NCBI GenBank assembly: GCA_026391835.1
Contig: JAPLDF010000067.1
Span: forward strand, 48,120 to 112,119
DNA from: Bacteroidota bacterium
GTDB lineage: Bacteria; Bacteroidota; Bacteroidia; Bacteroidales; FEN-979
Length of the DNA: 64,000 nt
Direction: 5' to 3'
The notes below the pieces were generated by a model, which had not been told where the DNA came from, did no database searches, and was given only the letters and a program-made list of their open reading frames with translations. Each line of letters opens with the position of its first letter. Within the stretch, counting starts at the first letter, position 1. The position numbers and the translations under genes were made by a program. Of this stretch, positions 30,076-39,446 are shown in pieces.

Positions 30076-30270
30076 GAATGTTCCTGTATCCTGGTTAAAT
30101 ATGCTCTACAATATTACAAAAATAATGAATATACTGAAACGGCTGCTGACAATAATAACTAACAGCCAGCGTTAAAAATTGTACCAAATATAATATTTTA
30201 AAAATATTCGTTTCTGGCAGCAACTTTCTTGTCAGAAATTTTGTCTTTATATAATCATCGACATCTCCAT

Positions 30271-33200
30271 ATGAACACAAGAAAACAGCACGTTGCCATC
30301 GCCCTTTTTCTCTTCCTGGCTATTGCACCCGTTTTTTCAATAATGGCCGGAGGAACTGGCACATCCGGCAGGTACAAACTATCATGGAATGCACCGGAAG
30401 TGGTCAGGAGAGCCGATTCTACGGGGGAAGCTATTTTGTCATTCCAGGGATCTGTCAGCCGAAACGAATATGGTATGTTGCCGGTATTCATGACCTCTTT
30501 CCCGTTCGATCCGGGGCAGGATTCCCTTGCCGAAGTAATTCTCCGCAACCAGGTGTATGAACAGGCCGAAGATGCCGGTGCATCAACTGTACCAGGGGTG
30601 GATAAAATCACTGCAGATATCCCCCTGTTCCACCAGCTGTCGGTTGCCAGGAAAAAGACATCCCTGCAGGTTGGGTTGCTTCCGTTTCGCCGAAATTCCG
30701 AAACCGGCAGGATAGAGCGGCTGGTGTCATTCGATCTTGAAATCAGGGTGGTTCCGGTCCGGCACCAGCTTCCCCTCAAATCTGTGAATGCATACGTGCC
30801 AAATTCAGTACTGGCCTCCGGGGCCTGGTTCAAACTTGCTGTAAATGCAAACGGCATATATAAACTTAGCTATGAAGACCTGAAAAAAGCGGGTATTGAG
30901 GTAGCAGGGATCAACCCGCACAACCTGCGCATTTATGGCAACGGGGGGGGCATGCTTCCCGAAGCAAACTCGGCTGCGCGGATCGACGACCTGATGGAGA
31001 ATACCATTTTTGTATCGGGCGAAAATGATGGCAGTTTTGATCCCGGTGATTACCTGTTGTTTTACGGGCAGCGCCCCGATAAATGGGATTACAATAAAAC
31101 CGACAAGCTTTTCCACAACCGGAAAAATGTCTATTCCGACCGGATGTACTACTTCCTGAATTTTGACAAGGGGCCCGGAAAACGAATTACGGCTGAGCCT
31201 TCAACAACAAAGGCCCCCACCTTTTTTGCCACGAAATTCGAAGATTATGGCTCGTATGAAAAAGATGACATCAATCTTATCAAATCGGGCCGCGAATGGT
31301 GGGACAAGCAAAATTTTGATATCACCACGGTACGTGACTATTCCTTCACATTCCCGAATCTTGATGTCAATAGTCCTGTATCCGTCAAAGCTTTCGTGGC
31401 GGCCCGTTCCATCACCGGAAATACCTCCTTTGTCGTATCGGCCCAGGGAAAAACCCTGATGACGCTTGACGTTGACAGAATAATCGAAGGATTTGAAAAT
31501 GTTTTTGCAAACGTCAAAGCTTCAACAGCAACCTTCCTTTCCAACAATTCAACGATTGATCTGAAAATGACCTACCTGAAAAGTTCTTCGAGTTCGGTAG
31601 GATACCTGAATTATATTGAAGTAAATGCCATGCGTTCGCTTGCAATGTACGGCTCGCAGATGTCGTTCAGGTCGGCGGCAGGAACCGGAGCGAATGGCGT
31701 GACCGAGTTTACCATGAACGGCAATGGCCAGGATGTGCAGATCTGGGATGTCACCAAGGGCAATTACATAAGGAAGGTTGAGTCAACCCGCAATGGAGGC
31801 AATTATGTTTTCAGGGTGGAGACCGATACCCTGCGCGAATTCCTGGCATTTGACGGAGCCTCGTTCTATGCACCCGAATTCATTGGCCGCGTTGAAAACC
31901 AGGATCTTCACGGCACGGCAACAGCTGATTACCTGATCGTCAGCAATCCATCCTTCCTGTCTGAAGCCGAACGGCTTGCTCAATTTCACCGGGCGAACAG
32001 CGGAATGTCCGTCTTCATTACAACACCTGATAAAATATACAATGAATTTTCTTCGGGTGCACAGGACATTACAGCCATCCGTGACTTCGTGAAAATGATG
32101 TATGACAAGGCAGAAAGCGGAAAGGGCCCCAAATTCCTGTTGCTGTTTGGCGATGCTTCCTACGATTATAAAAACCGTACCCAAAAAAATACGAATTATG
32201 TTCCGGCATACGAATCCCCGGAATCGCTCTCCCCGATCTCTTCCTTTGTCACAGATGATTATTTCGGCATGCTTGATGCCGGTGAAGGGCAGTCGGTTGA
32301 GGGCAGTCTTGATATCGGCATCGGGCGTTTCCCGGTCGATTCACCCGAACAGGCACAGGAAGCGGTTGATAAGGTGATCCACTACTGTTCCCCCGATTTG
32401 AGTGTGAAAAACGACTGGCGCAATGTTGTAACATTTGTCGGTGATGATCAGAATGAAGGCGGGAACCTCTTTGTCGACTACTCTGAAGACCTCGCCGGGA
32501 TCATTGACGGTTCGTATAAAAAATACAACGTGGATAAAATTTATTCTGATGCATATACCATGATATCCACCCCCGGCGGCGCCCGTTACCCCGACGTCAA
32601 TGTGGCCATCAACAAGCGCGTTGAAAAGGGATCGCTGATCATGAACTACATCGGCCACGGTGGCGAGGTAGGCTGGGCGCATGAGCGGATACTGGAAGTG
32701 GCGGATATTCAGAACTGGCGCAATTTTGACAATATGCCGGTATTTGTTACCGCAACCTGTGAATTCAGCCGCTTTGACGATCCCGAACGTGTTTCGGCCG
32801 GCGAGTGGGTTTTTCTGAACAGCCGCGGGGGAGGGGTTGCCCTGTTTACCACTTCCCGCCTTACATTCGCAGGTACCAACCAGTCACTGCTTATCAATTT
32901 CTACAACAGTGTTTTCAAAAAATTCTCCGGCAGCTATTTGAAGATGGGCGACCTGCTGCGGGTTGCCAAAACCGACATGGGGAATACTTCCAACGTTCAT
33001 GCATTTGTCCTGCTGGGTGATCCGGCCATGCAGATGGCTTATCCAAGCCTCGACGTTGCCACCACTTCGATCAATTCCCACATGCCGTCGGCAGTGCCTG
33101 ATACCCTGAAGGCGCTTTCTGAAGTGACCATTACCGGTGAGATCCGAGATCTGTCGGGCGAAAAAGCTGTCAACTTTTCGGGAACTATCTTCCCTACAGT

Positions 33201-34128
33201 ATTCGACAAAACATCGGAGAACTGGACAAAAGCCAATACCGGTGAATACCCGCCGGTGCAGTTCTTCCTGCGCAAAAACCCGGTTTACAAGGGGCAGGTT
33301 GAAGTGATCAATGGTTCCTTTTCTTTCTCATTCATTGTACCCAAGGATATTGCCCTGAAATACGGCGTTGGCAAGATAAGCTACTATGCCAGGAGTGCCG
33401 AAACCGATGCCAACGGGTATGACAACCACATCCAGGTTGGAGGGTACAACAACGAGGCATTGCCCGACAACGAGGGCCCCCAGCTTGCTTTGTATATGAA
33501 CGACAGGAGTTTCCGCTCCGGCGGCGTCACCAGCCAGAACCCGGTGCTCCTGGTGGATGTTACCGATACTTCCGGGGTAAATGCCGTTGGAAATGGAATT
33601 GGCCATGACATCACGGCGGTGCTCGACAACAAGTCAACCACCCCCATGATTCTCAATGATTATTATGTCTCGGATCTCAACACCTTTAAAAGCGGGGAGA
33701 TCGATTATCCGCTCAGTTCCCTCAGCGACGGACCGCACCAGATCGTCGTAAAAGTATGGGATGTCCACAACAACTCCACCGATGCCAGCATTGATTTTGT
33801 GGTAGTCTCTTCTGCACAGTTTGCACTGGAGCACCTGATGAACTATCCCAATCCCATGAAGGACCATACTACTTTTGCATGGGAGACAAACCAGGCAGAC
33901 CAGGCAGTGGATGTCGAAATAAAAATTTTCACCCTGAACGGGCGCCCGGTGAAAACCCTTAAACAGACAATTTATCCGCAGGGTTATCACACATCAACCC
34001 TGGAATGGGATGGTACACAGGATGATGGAAATAAAATCAGTGCAGGGATGTATGTTTTCGCTGTACAGTTGAATACACAGGGTGGTCCTTCGGCAAAACA
34101 AACCTCGAAGTTGGTGGTTATCCGTTAA
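30271..34128 (+). CDS. porU: T9SS sortase PorU, copy 1 (long form, ~1285 aa)
   Basis: NSVLASGAWFK, YGNGGGMLPE, LLFGDASYD, NYIGHGGE, TATCEFSRFD, GIGHDI, CTD. Confidence 0.93.
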   Translation: MNTRKQHVAIALFLFLAIAPVFSIMAGGTGTSGRYKLSWNAPEVVRRADSTGEAILSFQGSVSRNEYGMLPVFMTSFPFDPGQDSLAEVILRNQVYEQAEDAGASTVPGVDKITADIPLFHQLSVARKKTSLQVGLLPFRRNSETGRIERLVSFDLEIRVVPVRHQLPLKSVNAYVPNSVLASGAWFKLAVNANGIYKLSYEDLKKAGIEVAGINPHNLRIYGNGGGMLPEANSAARIDDLMENTIFVSGENDGSFDPGDYLLFYGQRPDKWDYNKTDKLFHNRKNVYSDRMYYFLNFDKGPGKRITAEPSTTKAPTFFATKFEDYGSYEKDDINLIKSGREWWDKQNFDITTVRDYSFTFPNLDVNSPVSVKAFVAARSITGNTSFVVSAQGKTLMTLDVDRIIEGFENVFANVKASTATFLSNNSTIDLKMTYLKSSSSSVGYLNYIEVNAMRSLAMYGSQMSFRSAAGTGANGVTEFTMNGNGQDVQIWDVTKGNYIRKVESTRNGGNYVFRVETDTLREFLAFDGASFYAPEFIGRVENQDLHGTATADYLIVSNPSFLSEAERLAQFHRANSGMSVFITTPDKIYNEFSSGAQDITAIRDFVKMMYDKAESGKGPKFLLLFGDASYDYKNRTQKNTNYVPAYESPESLSPISSFVTDDYFGMLDAGEGQSVEGSLDIGIGRFPVDSPEQAQEAVDKVIHYCSPDLSVKNDWRNVVTFVGDDQNEGGNLFVDYSEDLAGIIDGSYKKYNVDKIYSDAYTMISTPGGARYPDVNVAINKRVEKGSLIMNYIGHGGEVGWAHERILEVADIQNWRNFDNMPVFVTATCEFSRFDDPERVSAGEWVFLNSRGGGVALFTTSRLTFAGTNQSLLINFYNSVFKKFSGSYLKMGDLLRVAKTDMGNTSNVHAFVLLGDPAMQMAYPSLDVATTSINSHMPSAVPDTLKALSEVTITGEIRDLSGEKAVNFSGTIFPTVFDKTSENWTKANTGEYPPVQFFLRKNPVYKGQVEVINGSFSFSFIVPKDIALKYGVGKISYYARSAETDANGYDNHIQVGGYNNEALPDNEGPQLALYMNDRSFRSGGVTSQNPVLLVDVTDTSGVNAVGNGIGHDITAVLDNKSTTPMILNDYYVSDLNTFKSGEIDYPLSSLSDGPHQIVVKVWDVHNNSTDASIDFVVVSSAQFALEHLMNYPNPMKDHTTFAWETNQADQAVDVEIKIFTLNGRPVKTLKQTIYPQGYHTSTLEWDGTQDDGNKISAGMYVFAVQLNTQGGPSAKQTSKLVVIR

Positions 34129-34133
34129 ATACA

Positions 34134-34141
34134 TATCTTTG
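34134..34141 (+). promoter_or_regulatory. TAnnTTTG -7 box in front of the second porU
   Basis: TATCTTTG between the porU1 stop and ATG 34157. Confidence 0.5.
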
Positions 34142-34156
34142 CAAATCAATTTTACG

Positions 34157-37100
34157 ATGCTGGTGAAAAAAATATCCATATTCCTTTGCTTCTTACTCCC
34201 GCTGCTTGGGACAGGGGCAACGCCTCATGCCGATTCATCTGTGCTGGCGAAAGGCCAATGGTATAAGTTCGTGATCACGCATACCGGGATTCACCAGATT
34301 ACATACCAGGATCTTAGTGCGATGGGTGTTGATCCGTCAACCATCGATGTTGACAAAATCCGCTTGTTTGGCAACGGTTCAGGGATGTTGCCCGAAGTGA
34401 ATTCAGCACCCCGGGTTGACGACCTCCGCGAAATTTCAATCCAGGTTGAGGATGGGGGCGACGGCCATTTCGATGCAACCGATTACCTCCTTTTTTATGG
34501 CGAGGGTGCCGACAAATGGAATTATGACAGGTTGTCGCGTTCCTATTCCCATCAACGCAACCTCTATTCCGATTCAACGTACTATTTTTTGAATTTCGAC
34601 CAGGGATCCGGAAAACGTGTTGGACCGTTGCCGGCCGATCCTTCTACCCCGAACTACTTTTCCACAGTTTTCGACGATTATTTGCTCCACGAACTCGACC
34701 AGTTGAATTTAATCAGGTCCGGCAGGGAATGGTACGGCGAAACCTTTGATAACCAGGTAAAAAAGCGGGACTTCCCGTTTTATTTCCCAAACATTGATTC
34801 GTTGTCGTCGGTGAAGGTCAAATGGTATGCCGCCGCAAGTGCACCGGTGGCAAACTATTTTTATCTCTCGCAGGCCGGGAAAAAGATCGACTCCCTGCGC
34901 ATCGATTCCACCAACCCGACAGATTATACGCTGGCCGGAATGCCAAAATATAAAATTACGTCGATCCCGGCTCCATCACCGGATCAGACCATGACGATAA
35001 CCTACGGCATGCCGACTTCAAACTCAAAAGGCTGGCTCAACTTCCTCGAACTGAGCTGCAGGAGAAACCTGGTATGGGTTGGCCCCCAGATGTTGTTCAG
35101 GGACCTGCAGAGCCTCGGCCAGGGCAGGATCACTGAATTTGCGATGAAGAATACAAGCACAGCTGTAAAGGTATGGGATGTTACCACCCCGTCATCAATA
35201 AAAGCCATCGACGCCGCCCTTGACAACGGAATACTCAGGTTCAGGCGTGCAACCGACAGCCTCCGCGAATTTATAGCCTTCGATGGTACATCCTATTACC
35301 CTGTAACCTATTGCGGAGTGGTTCAAAACCAGAACCTGCATGCAAACCAGCCAACTTCCCTGGTCATTGTCTCAAACCCGCTGTTCCTGGCACAGGCGGA
35401 TCAGCTTGGTGAATTTCACAGGCAGCACAACGGTTTGTCGGTGCAGGTTGTTTCCGTTGCGGATATTTACAACGAGTTTGCCTGCGGACAAGGTGATCCC
35501 ACCGCCATCCGGGATTACATGAAGATGTTGTACGACAGGGGAAGTGCAGAGAGCCGACCAAAGTACCTGTTGCTTTTCGGCGATGGATCCTACGATCCGA
35601 AAAACCGGATCCCGGGTAACAACAACCTCATCCCGACATTTCAGTCGGTTGAATCACTCAATTCCACCAAATCGTATGTCACCGACGACTACTTCGGCAT
35701 TATGGCGGATAACTCCGGGCAGGAAGCAAACGGCGCAATAGATATCGGTATCGGCAGGTTCCCGGTTTCGACCCTTGCCGAAGCTCAGACAATGGTTGAT
35801 AAAATCATCCACTATTCGGCAGTTGCCTATCCTGTTACATCCGACTGGCGGAATATTGTGACTTTTGTTGCCGATGACGAAAACCAGAACCTCCATTTTC
35901 AGCAGGCCGAGGAATTGTGTGCCATTGTGAAAAGCAAGTACCCGGTATTCAATGTGAACAAAATCTATTTCGATGCCTACCAGTTGATACAAATCCCTGG
36001 CGGCGAACGGTTTCCTGATGCCAGTGCGGCACTCAATGATGTTGTAGATAAAGGATCGCTCATCATCAATTATACCGGCCATGGCGGCGAAACCGGATGG
36101 AGCTTTGAGCAGGTGCTCACCACAACCGATATTCTTGCATGGAAAAACAAAGATAAACTCCCGGTTTTTGTTACTGCAACCTGTGAGTTCAGCAGGTTTG
36201 ACAATCCCGAACGGTTTACTGCCGGCGAGATGCTCATCCTGCAGCCAGGCGGCGGCGCCATAGCACTATACTCCACCACGCGGCTCGCATTCGCCGGTTT
36301 GAACATCCAGCTGAACACAAGTTTTTTTAATCACCTGATGGATATGGATGCCGATGGGAAATATATCAGGATGGGAGACCTGATCCGCCTGTCGAAGAAT
36401 GAAAATAGCAACAATTTCCAACTCCGCAACTTTTTACTCCTCGGGGATCCGGCTCAGAATATCGCTTTTTCAGGTTACAATGTGAAAACCACTTCAATTA
36501 ACGAGCAGCCTGTAAACCAGACTGATACTGTCGTTGGAATGTCAACGGTTACGGTCCGTGGGATCATCGAAGATGGCGGAGGCCAGAAAATAAGTACCTT
36601 CAATGGCACCGTGAATTGCAAGTTGTATGATAAACCGGTCACCAATACGACACTGGGCAACCGTCCCGAAAACCATGAGTCCTATCCTGCAAATTTCAAT
36701 ATCCAGAACAGCCTGCTTTTTAAAGGCGATGTTCCTGTTGTCGCAGGTGAATTCCTTTGCTCTTTTGTCGTTCCAAAAAACATTCTGCTTCAATATGGGA
36801 AAGGCAAGCTGAGTTATTTTGCATTCAACGATGATTCTGAAGCGTCAGGCTTCTTCGATCAGATTGTCGTCGGCGGACGCGACGGATCAGTTAACCCAGT
36901 AAACCAGGGCCCGGATATTTCCCTTTACCTTGACGACCGTTCCTTTGTATCCGGAGGAGAAACAGGCAGTGCGGCAATCCTGCTGGTGGATCTTTTTGAC
37001 ACCAACGGGATCAACAGCCTTGGGCTGGGGATCGGGCATGAAATTGAAGCTGTTCTCGACAACGACAGGGCCAATGCAATGGTGCTGAACGACTATTATG

Positions 37101-37570
37101 CTGCTGATTTCAATTCCTACACCCGCGGAACCCTTGCGTACCCGCTGGATGGTCTTACCTCAGGAACGCATACCCTGACATTGAAAGCATGGGACATGTT
37201 TGATAATTCTTCATTGAAGGAGATCACTTTTTACGTGCCCGCATCACATACAGAAGGAGTGCTGGTGAAAAATGTAATGAATGCACCAAATCCACTGGTT
37301 GATCAAACGAATTTCATCTTTCAGCCCCAGCAGTCCGGTGGCGGAGGACTTGATGTGCAGATTAAAATCTATAACCTGAAAGGCATACAGGTTTACACAA
37401 TTTTGAAAAGTTACAGTGACCCACTCATTTCGACACCGAAAATTTCATGGGATGGAACCGATTCGAATGGAAAAAAACTCAGCAACGGGATCTATCCGTA
37501 TAAAATTACTTTTAAATCAAATAATGGTGCTTACAGCGAAACATCTCAAAAGCTTATGATTATGAGGTGA
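34157..37570 (+). CDS. porU: T9SS sortase PorU, copy 2 (short form, ~1137 aa)
   Basis: Signal peptide then SSVLAKGQWYK, FGNGSGMLPE, LLFGDGSYD, NYTGHGGE, TATCEFSRFD, GIGHEI, CTD. Confidence 0.9.
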   Translation: MLVKKISIFLCFLLPLLGTGATPHADSSVLAKGQWYKFVITHTGIHQITYQDLSAMGVDPSTIDVDKIRLFGNGSGMLPEVNSAPRVDDLREISIQVEDGGDGHFDATDYLLFYGEGADKWNYDRLSRSYSHQRNLYSDSTYYFLNFDQGSGKRVGPLPADPSTPNYFSTVFDDYLLHELDQLNLIRSGREWYGETFDNQVKKRDFPFYFPNIDSLSSVKVKWYAAASAPVANYFYLSQAGKKIDSLRIDSTNPTDYTLAGMPKYKITSIPAPSPDQTMTITYGMPTSNSKGWLNFLELSCRRNLVWVGPQMLFRDLQSLGQGRITEFAMKNTSTAVKVWDVTTPSSIKAIDAALDNGILRFRRATDSLREFIAFDGTSYYPVTYCGVVQNQNLHANQPTSLVIVSNPLFLAQADQLGEFHRQHNGLSVQVVSVADIYNEFACGQGDPTAIRDYMKMLYDRGSAESRPKYLLLFGDGSYDPKNRIPGNNNLIPTFQSVESLNSTKSYVTDDYFGIMADNSGQEANGAIDIGIGRFPVSTLAEAQTMVDKIIHYSAVAYPVTSDWRNIVTFVADDENQNLHFQQAEELCAIVKSKYPVFNVNKIYFDAYQLIQIPGGERFPDASAALNDVVDKGSLIINYTGHGGETGWSFEQVLTTTDILAWKNKDKLPVFVTATCEFSRFDNPERFTAGEMLILQPGGGAIALYSTTRLAFAGLNIQLNTSFFNHLMDMDADGKYIRMGDLIRLSKNENSNNFQLRNFLLLGDPAQNIAFSGYNVKTTSINEQPVNQTDTVVGMSTVTVRGIIEDGGGQKISTFNGTVNCKLYDKPVTNTTLGNRPENHESYPANFNIQNSLLFKGDVPVVAGEFLCSFVVPKNILLQYGKGKLSYFAFNDDSEASGFFDQIVVGGRDGSVNPVNQGPDISLYLDDRSFVSGGETGSAAILLVDLFDTNGINSLGLGIGHEIEAVLDNDRANAMVLNDYYAADFNSYTRGTLAYPLDGLTSGTHTLTLKAWDMFDNSSLKEITFYVPASHTEGVLVKNVMNAPNPLVDQTNFIFQPQQSGGGGLDVQIKIYNLKGIQVYTILKSYSDPLISTPKISWDGTDSNGKKLSNGIYPYKITFKSNNGAYSETSQKLMIMR

Positions 37571-37630
37571 GAATTTTGGTGGAGCAATATCTAATTTTAA
37601 TTTGAAGCAATAACTGAAAAGGAAAAGCGT

Positions 37631-37638
37631 TATTTTTG
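37631..37638 (+). promoter_or_regulatory. TAnnTTTG -7 box for porV
   Basis: TATTTTTG ~40 bp upstream of ATG 37680. Confidence 0.55.
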
Positions 37639-37679
37639 CGCCCTTTTATCTATTTAGTACTTATTTTACAATTCTACAG

Positions 37680-38918
37680 ATGAAGATCAGGTTATCATTT
37701 CTTTTTTTATGTGCCCTGGCGATGACCAGTAGCTACGGACAGACGGGCGCTTCTTCAGATTCACGAACTGAACAAAGCGACGGAAGCCGGGTGATATCTA
37801 CTGCCGTGCCTTTTTTAACGATTGCCCCCGATGCCCGCGCCGGTGGTATGGGAAATGTGGGTGTTGCAACTACGCCGGATGCCTATTCCATGTTCTGGAA
37901 CCCTGCAAAATATGCTTTTATCGATAAAACATTTGGTTTTGGGATTGGTTATGTGCCCTGGTTGCGCCAGCTTGTAAATGATATCGGTTTGTATTCTGTT
38001 GTTGGTTATGGTAAAATCGGCGACAAGCAGGCAATCGCCGGATCCCTGCGTTTCTTTTCAATGGGGGAAGTACAGTTTACGAATGATTACGGCGAAAATA
38101 CCATCCTGGTTAAACCAAACGAATTTGCCCTCGATGCAACCTATGCAAGGAAGTTTTCCCGCGAGTTTTCAGGTGCTGTTGCCGGGCGGTTTGTCTATTC
38201 CAACCTTATCCCGGGCGGCGGCGATGGTACCACCCAGGCCAGGCCGGGAACATCTGTTGCGGCCGATGTCGCCATCTATTACCACCACGAAATGGAAGTG
38301 AAGGGTATCTCCGGTGCATCAATCGATTTCGGTCTCAATATTTCCAACATCGGATCAAAAATGTCATACAGCAGCTCATCCATTGTGCGTGATTTCATCC
38401 CTACTACCCTGCGCCTTGGCCCGTCATTTACCATGGATATTGATGATTATAACAGGTTTTCCATCTCCCTCGATTTGTCGAAGCTGCTTGTTCCGACACC
38501 ACCGGTGTATTTAAAGGATCATACGGGGTCCAGCGACAGTATCAAGGACAATAAAAAGGTCATCTATAAAGGTAAGAATCCTGACGTCTCGCCGGTTATG
38601 GGAATGATCCAGTCCTTCTACGATGCCCCTTACGGGTTTAAGGAGGAGATGCAGGAAATCAATATAGCACTTGCCGCCGAATATTGGTACAACAAACTGT
38701 TTTCGGTCAGGGCCGGTTATTTCTATGAATCCGTATACAAGGGCGATCGCCAGTTTTTCACACTTGGTGCCGGTTTGCGGTACAACGTGTTCGGACTCGA
38801 TTTTTCTTACCTGATTCCCATCAGGAGCAACAACCCGTTGCAGCACACCCTGCAGTTTACGTTGCTGTTTAACTTCGACAATACCAAAAAGCCCGAAAAA
38901 GCCGGCGCAACGAACTAA
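37680..38918 (+). CDS. porV: T9SS outer membrane shuttle PorV
   Basis: TAVPFLTIAPDARAGGMG, WNPAKY, KLLVPTPP, RAGYFYE..KG.R, DFSYL; follows porU. Confidence 0.95.
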   Translation: MKIRLSFLFLCALAMTSSYGQTGASSDSRTEQSDGSRVISTAVPFLTIAPDARAGGMGNVGVATTPDAYSMFWNPAKYAFIDKTFGFGIGYVPWLRQLVNDIGLYSVVGYGKIGDKQAIAGSLRFFSMGEVQFTNDYGENTILVKPNEFALDATYARKFSREFSGAVAGRFVYSNLIPGGGDGTTQARPGTSVAADVAIYYHHEMEVKGISGASIDFGLNISNIGSKMSYSSSSIVRDFIPTTLRLGPSFTMDIDDYNRFSISLDLSKLLVPTPPVYLKDHTGSSDSIKDNKKVIYKGKNPDVSPVMGMIQSFYDAPYGFKEEMQEINIALAAEYWYNKLFSVRAGYFYESVYKGDRQFFTLGAGLRYNVFGLDFSYLIPIRSNNPLQHTLQFTLLFNFDNTKKPEKAGATN

Positions 38919-38969
38919 GTTCGTTGTCAGGGCTGCCATCGGGATACAACCATTTGCCATTTTTCTTAT

Positions 38970-39446
38970 ATGTTCCGGATCGGTTTCGGCTTCGATACAC
39001 ACAAACTTGAATATGACCAGCAATTCTGGCTGGGGGGCGTGCTGGTTCCGCATAGCAAGGGTGCTGTGGGACATTCTGATGCCGATACCCTGATCCATGC
39101 CATCATTGATGCGTTGCTTGGGGCGGCCGGTTTGCGCGACATCGGAAACCAGTTTCCCGATACCTCGCCCGAATTCAAAGGGATAGACAGCAAACTGCTA
39201 CTCAGGCATACACTTGAGATGATTACCGCCAAAGGATATGTTATCGGGAACATCGACTGCACGATCGTCCTGCAAAACCCCAGGATCAATGCCGTTATCC
39301 CCGAAATGGTCAAAACGCTTGCGTCTGTGTTGAAAATAGATGAGGGTCAATTGTCGGTTAAAGCAAAAACCAGCGAAAAACTGGGCTTTATCGGCCGGGA
39401 AGAGGGAATCTCAGCCTATGCGGTTGTACTGTTGCAGAAGGGTTAG
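38970..39446 (+). CDS. ispF: 2-C-methyl-D-erythritol 2,4-cyclodiphosphate synthase
   Basis: RIGFGFDTH, HSDAD, DIG..FPD, GREEGI. Confidence 0.96.
   Translation: MFRIGFGFDTHKLEYDQQFWLGGVLVPHSKGAVGHSDADTLIHAIIDALLGAAGLRDIGNQFPDTSPEFKGIDSKLLLRHTLEMITAKGYVIGNIDCTIVLQNPRINAVIPEMVKTLASVLKIDEGQLSVKAKTSEKLGFIGREEGISAYAVVLLQKG

Noticed and set aside
37577-37587. TGGTGGAGCAA as a duplicate att site of the tRNA-Val 3' end
   Set aside because: Short gapped match within the core porU-porV spacer; it would place ribosomal protein genes inside an island.
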